Positions 36,401 through 39,145 of a stretch of 39,145 nt of DNA are shown here, piece after piece (positions within the stretch are counted from its first letter, which is position 1; every line of letters begins with the position of its first letter). Source of the DNA: an uncultured archaeon (GTDB lineage: Archaea > Altiarchaeota > Altiarchaeia > IMC4 > QMZM01). Location: contig CAZJVE010000012.1 in NCBI GenBank assembly GCA_964549685.1, forward strand, positions 1 through 39,145, read 5' to 3'. A program made the position numbers and the translations under genes. The notes below the pieces were generated by a model that saw only the letters and a list, made by a program, of their open reading frames with translations, searched no databases and was not told the origin of the DNA.

Positions 36401-37371
36401 TTTATCGTTATGACGACATTCCCCTTCTTGTGCCCTTTGTCGACATAGCTGTGGGCCTCGACAATCTGCTCCAGAGGATAGCTTCTGTCAATGGCAGCCT
36501 TTAACTCCCCTGCCTCGATAAGCTCTTTGAAGAAGAGCAGGTCCTCGATTCTGTCCCCGGCTACCCCGCCGATTACCTTCTTGCTGCTCGTCATGGAGGT
36601 CCATATGCCTCGGACAAGAGGTGACAGCGTCATGTGGACGGCCCTAAGGTAGCGCCCATTCTCATTCAATGCTTTTACACTGCCTGAAAACGGGCTCTTT
36701 CCTACAGTGTCAAAAATAACGTCATAGGTCTCGCCGTTCTTGGTGAAGTCCTCTTTTGTATAGTCAATCACCTTGTCGGCGCCCAGGGATTTCACCATTT
36801 CCAGGTTCGTGGTGCTGCATACCCCTGTAACCTCCGCTCCAAGGTGCTTGGCAAGCTGTACCGCAAATGTTCCTATCGCTCCGGAAGCGCCGTAGATGAG
36901 GACTTTTTGCCCGTCCCGGACATCCCCTTTCCTAAGGAAATGCAGCGCAGTCTGTGCACCAAACGGAACGGCGGCGGCTTCCTCGTAAGTCATGTTGGCC
37001 GGCTTTGCTGCCAGCGTCCCGTCCTCGGGCAGGCACTTGTACTCGACATGGGTGCCCATTCCAAAACCGGCGGAGCCAAAGACCTGGTCGCCTTTCTTGA
37101 ATTTCTTTACGTCCTTGCCCACTGCCTCAACCTCCCCGGCCAGGGTAAAACCCAGTATCTTGTTCCTTGGCCCTCTGATACCCGAGATTATTCGGTAGGG
37201 GAGCCATGGAAGGGGAGGAACGTCGAAACTCCGGGTTCTCGCGTCCCCTGACGATACTGTCGTTGCAAATACCTTGATAAGAACTTCGTTATCCTTCGGA
37301 ACAGGTTTTTCCACCTCTTCAATCTTGAGAACGTCCGGTGGTCCGTATTTTGTGCATACAGCCGCTTTCAT
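36397..37371 (-). CDS. NAD(P)-dependent MDR oxidoreductase (quinone reductase/zinc-independent ADH-like)
   Basis: [31 protein letters not shown] and GHKKGNVV; true start MKAAVC at 37371, since the track extension reads through the tRNA. Confidence 0.93.
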   Translation of the reverse strand: MKAAVCTKYGPPDVLKIEEVEKPVPKDNEVLIKVFATTVSSGDARTRSFDVPPLPWLPYRIISGIRGPRNKILGFTLAGEVEAVGKDVKKFKKGDQVFGSAGFGMGTHVEYKCLPEDGTLAAKPANMTYEEAAAVPFGAQTALHFLRKGDVRDGQKVLIYGASGAIGTFAVQLAKHLGAEVTGVCSTTNLEMVKSLGADKVIDYTKEDFTKNGETYDVIFDTVGKSPFSGSVKALNENGRYLRAVHMTLSPLVRGIWTSMTSSKKVIGGVAGDRIEDLLFFKELIEAGELKAAIDRSYPLEQIVEAHSYVDKGHKKGNVVITIK

Positions 37372-37373
37372 TA

Positions 37374-37488
37374 TGCCGAAGACGGGACTTGAACCCGTGA
37401 CTTCCACGTTTCTCAGTTAGAATGCTCTGGTTTGCCCGCGAGGGCTAACTTATGAGCGTGGCACTCTAACCAGCTGAGCTACTTCGGC
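37374..37488 (-). tRNA. Elongator tRNA-Met(CAT) with 41-nt canonical 37/38 intron (37410-37450)
   Basis: GCCGAAG/CTTCGGC-A acceptor; CCACG-CTCATA^A-CGTGG anticodon arm; perfect bulge-helix-bulge (CTCA/TGAG helix, TAA and AAA bulges, GTTAG/CTAAC); mature length 74 nt without CCA. Confidence 0.95.
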
Positions 37489-37489
37489 G

Positions 37490-37590
37490 GAACTGCAAAA
37501 TCAGTTCACACTTTGTGCGACGTACACTCGCCTACGGCTCGTTAGTCGCACTTGAATTCACCGGGTGAATCCACCGGCGGAATTCAGTGC
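37490..37590 (-). other. Hairpin-rich ~100-nt element between the putative promoter and tRNA-Met
   Basis: Inverted repeats at 37548-37590 (gcac-tgaattc...gaattca-gtgc), 37515-37551 (gtgcgac/gtcgcac) and 37490-37507 (gaactg/cagttc). Confidence 0.65.
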
Positions 37591-37656
37591 TAATCTAAAA
37601 TAACGAATCTAAACTTAAATAGATTTTTATCTGCCTAAGACTAAGTAATAGGTATA

Positions 37657-38913
37657 ATGGCGAAGCTAAGCAGGGAGGAAAGGGAGGCTCAGAGGAAGCA
37701 GAGGTTCCTGGTCATTATGATGCTTGTCGTAGCTGCAAGCATGCTTTTCTCCGGGATTTATTACATCAACATAGGCGGGGGCCCTGCGCCCATTCAGAAC
37801 GACCCGAGCGGGAAGCTTTCGCTCATAGAGCAGTACAATATCGAGCCCGCCACGAGCGGTTCGGTTCTTGTCCGGGCGGGGGAGCTGAAAAACGACCTCC
37901 TTGCAATCCCGATGGGCCAGTGCATGCAACTCGACAGCATAGTCGAGCTGAGGAATTCATCCATCGACGGGGTTGAGAGCATAAGCTGCGAGGTCGCGAA
38001 CCCGCAGATGGACCCCACCTTTTCGATAATCTGCGGCACGTTCATCATGTTCCGGTTCCGGTTCGACCTCAACGACTCGGGAGTTAATGAGAGGGTCAGG
38101 GAAAGGCTGAGCAACGTTCTGAGCGAATACAGCCTGATGAGGGGCTATACCGTGGAGCTGCAGGAGGCTGTCCTCGGCGCCGGTGAGATATACATCATCG
38201 GCAGCCCGGAGACGAAGGAGGGGGACTACGTCAGGGCGACGCTCTTCAGCAGGGACCTGATTGCAGGAGGCACCGGGCTGCTCGGCCTCGAGGAGAGAAT
38301 CGTCCCGGAAGCGTCCCGCGTCCCTGCAACGGTCGTCAACCTAACGGGAATCAGCGTCAGCGGCTCCGTTCCCGATGAATTCAACCGGCAGGCCGTGATG
38401 GATGCACTGGATTTGAACGATACGGAACTAAATTCCAGGCAGCCGGAATTCAGGGTCAATGGAACGTTGCCGGGGGAGAGCCTCGAGCTGATTGAGGCGG
38501 AGATACAGGAGGTCAACAACGTAACGACAATACGCTTCAACACGTCAAAGGACGAGATAGAGGCAGTCATCAAAGACGGGGGGCTGCCATACACCTTCGA
38601 ACCCGGAGCAGTATTCTTCCAGATCGGGCTGAATGATAGCACGGGCTATGTCGAATCGCTGCTGGCTGAAAACGGCGCCGAGAACGTAACCTTCCAGAAG
38701 GTCGGGCTCGTATCGATGCCTGCCGAGGTGATAGTCGGCGAGATGCTGGTTCCGATAGAGAACTACGAGGCATTTAACACAATGCTCAAGATGGATACAG
38801 TTGTAGGAGATGAAATCAACATCAGCCTCAACACCATAACCTTCGGCGATCAGGTGATTCCCTTCGGAGCGCTGGAGCTGGGGAACGAGACTACTCCCAG
38901 TGCTCGTCAATGA
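37657..38913 (+). CDS. Hypothetical membrane-anchored extracellular protein
   Basis: Basic N-terminus, one TM helix, then an acidic domain with many N-x-S/T sequons. Confidence 0.8.
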   Translation: MAKLSREEREAQRKQRFLVIMMLVVAASMLFSGIYYINIGGGPAPIQNDPSGKLSLIEQYNIEPATSGSVLVRAGELKNDLLAIPMGQCMQLDSIVELRNSSIDGVESISCEVANPQMDPTFSIICGTFIMFRFRFDLNDSGVNERVRERLSNVLSEYSLMRGYTVELQEAVLGAGEIYIIGSPETKEGDYVRATLFSRDLIAGGTGLLGLEERIVPEASRVPATVVNLTGISVSGSVPDEFNRQAVMDALDLNDTELNSRQPEFRVNGTLPGESLELIEAEIQEVNNVTTIRFNTSKDEIEAVIKDGGLPYTFEPGAVFFQIGLNDSTGYVESLLAENGAENVTFQKVGLVSMPAEVIVGEMLVPIENYEAFNTMLKMDTVVGDEINISLNTITFGDQVIPFGALELGNETTPSARQ

Positions 38914-39145
38914 ACTGGCAGAACTTCTCGAATGCCTTCTTTCTATGAGATACTTTTGCCTTCAGCTCCGGGTCCTGACCGAATGTCGTTCCCCCGCCCT
39001 CTGGAATGAAAATGGAGTCGTAGCCGAATCCTGCGGTGCCTGTAATCTCCGTACCTATCCTCCCTGCAACCGTGCCGTCGAAAATCTGCACCCCGTCTAT
39101 GTCGCAGTAGCCGATGGCAGAGACGAATTCGGCCCTTCTGTTCTT
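38891..39145 (-). CDS. rdgB: Non-canonical purine NTP pyrophosphatase (RdgB/HAM1), 5' partial
   Basis: RRAEFVSAIGY, GFGYDSIFIP and KAKVSHRKKAF; frame open to the window edge. Confidence 0.9.
   Translation of the reverse strand, partial: KNRRAEFVSAIGYCDIDGVQIFDGTVAGRIGTEITGTAGFGYDSIFIPEGGGTTFGQDPELKAKVSHRKKAFEKFCQFIDEHWE

Larger units (their letters stand above)
34100..37385 (-). mobile_element. Putative tandem-accreted gene cassettes at the tRNA-Met 3' end, no integrase in window
   Basis: Three direct copies of the tRNA 3' 12-mer bound segments of about 1.06 and 1.75 kb carrying accessory redox/detox genes. Confidence 0.55.

Noticed and set aside
37372-37407. N-terminal extension [12 protein letters not shown] of the oxidoreductase
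   Set aside because: It is the translated tRNA-Met 3' half; the family-typical start is MKAAVC at 37371.

Overview
This is a compact archaeal chromosome segment. It has archaeal PolB, TFB, Pop5, a class III signal-peptide pilin, tRNA-Ile2(CAU) and an intron-containing tRNA-Met. Secreted proteins with long Thr/Ser linkers and a duplicated VIDLINxW tail suggest an Altiarchaeota-like lineage, but that is inference only. Most of the window is housekeeping or metabolic: polB, hisS, thrC, thi4, argB, trkA, tfb, a complete lysWXYZJK operon and a partial rdgB. The strongest unexplained signal is at 34.1-37.6 kb. The last 12 nt of tRNA-Met (CCGTCTTCGGCA) recur twice downstream and divide the region into gene cassettes. 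Two of the three copies sit exactly 2 nt before an ATG, a 35-nt relic of the flavodoxin 5' end lies at one junction, a hairpin-rich ~100-nt element precedes the tRNA, and no integrase is present. Other highlights: two secreted proteases share a near-identical dockerin-like C-terminal module; LysW ends in EDWGQ rather than EDWGE; an unannotated 39-aa 8-Cys microprotein; a TFB with an altered BRE-recognition helix; and an ArsR operon led by a free-standing ThrRS editing domain. Three real genes are missing from the supplied ORF track: the M30-like protease, LysW and the Cys-rich peptide.
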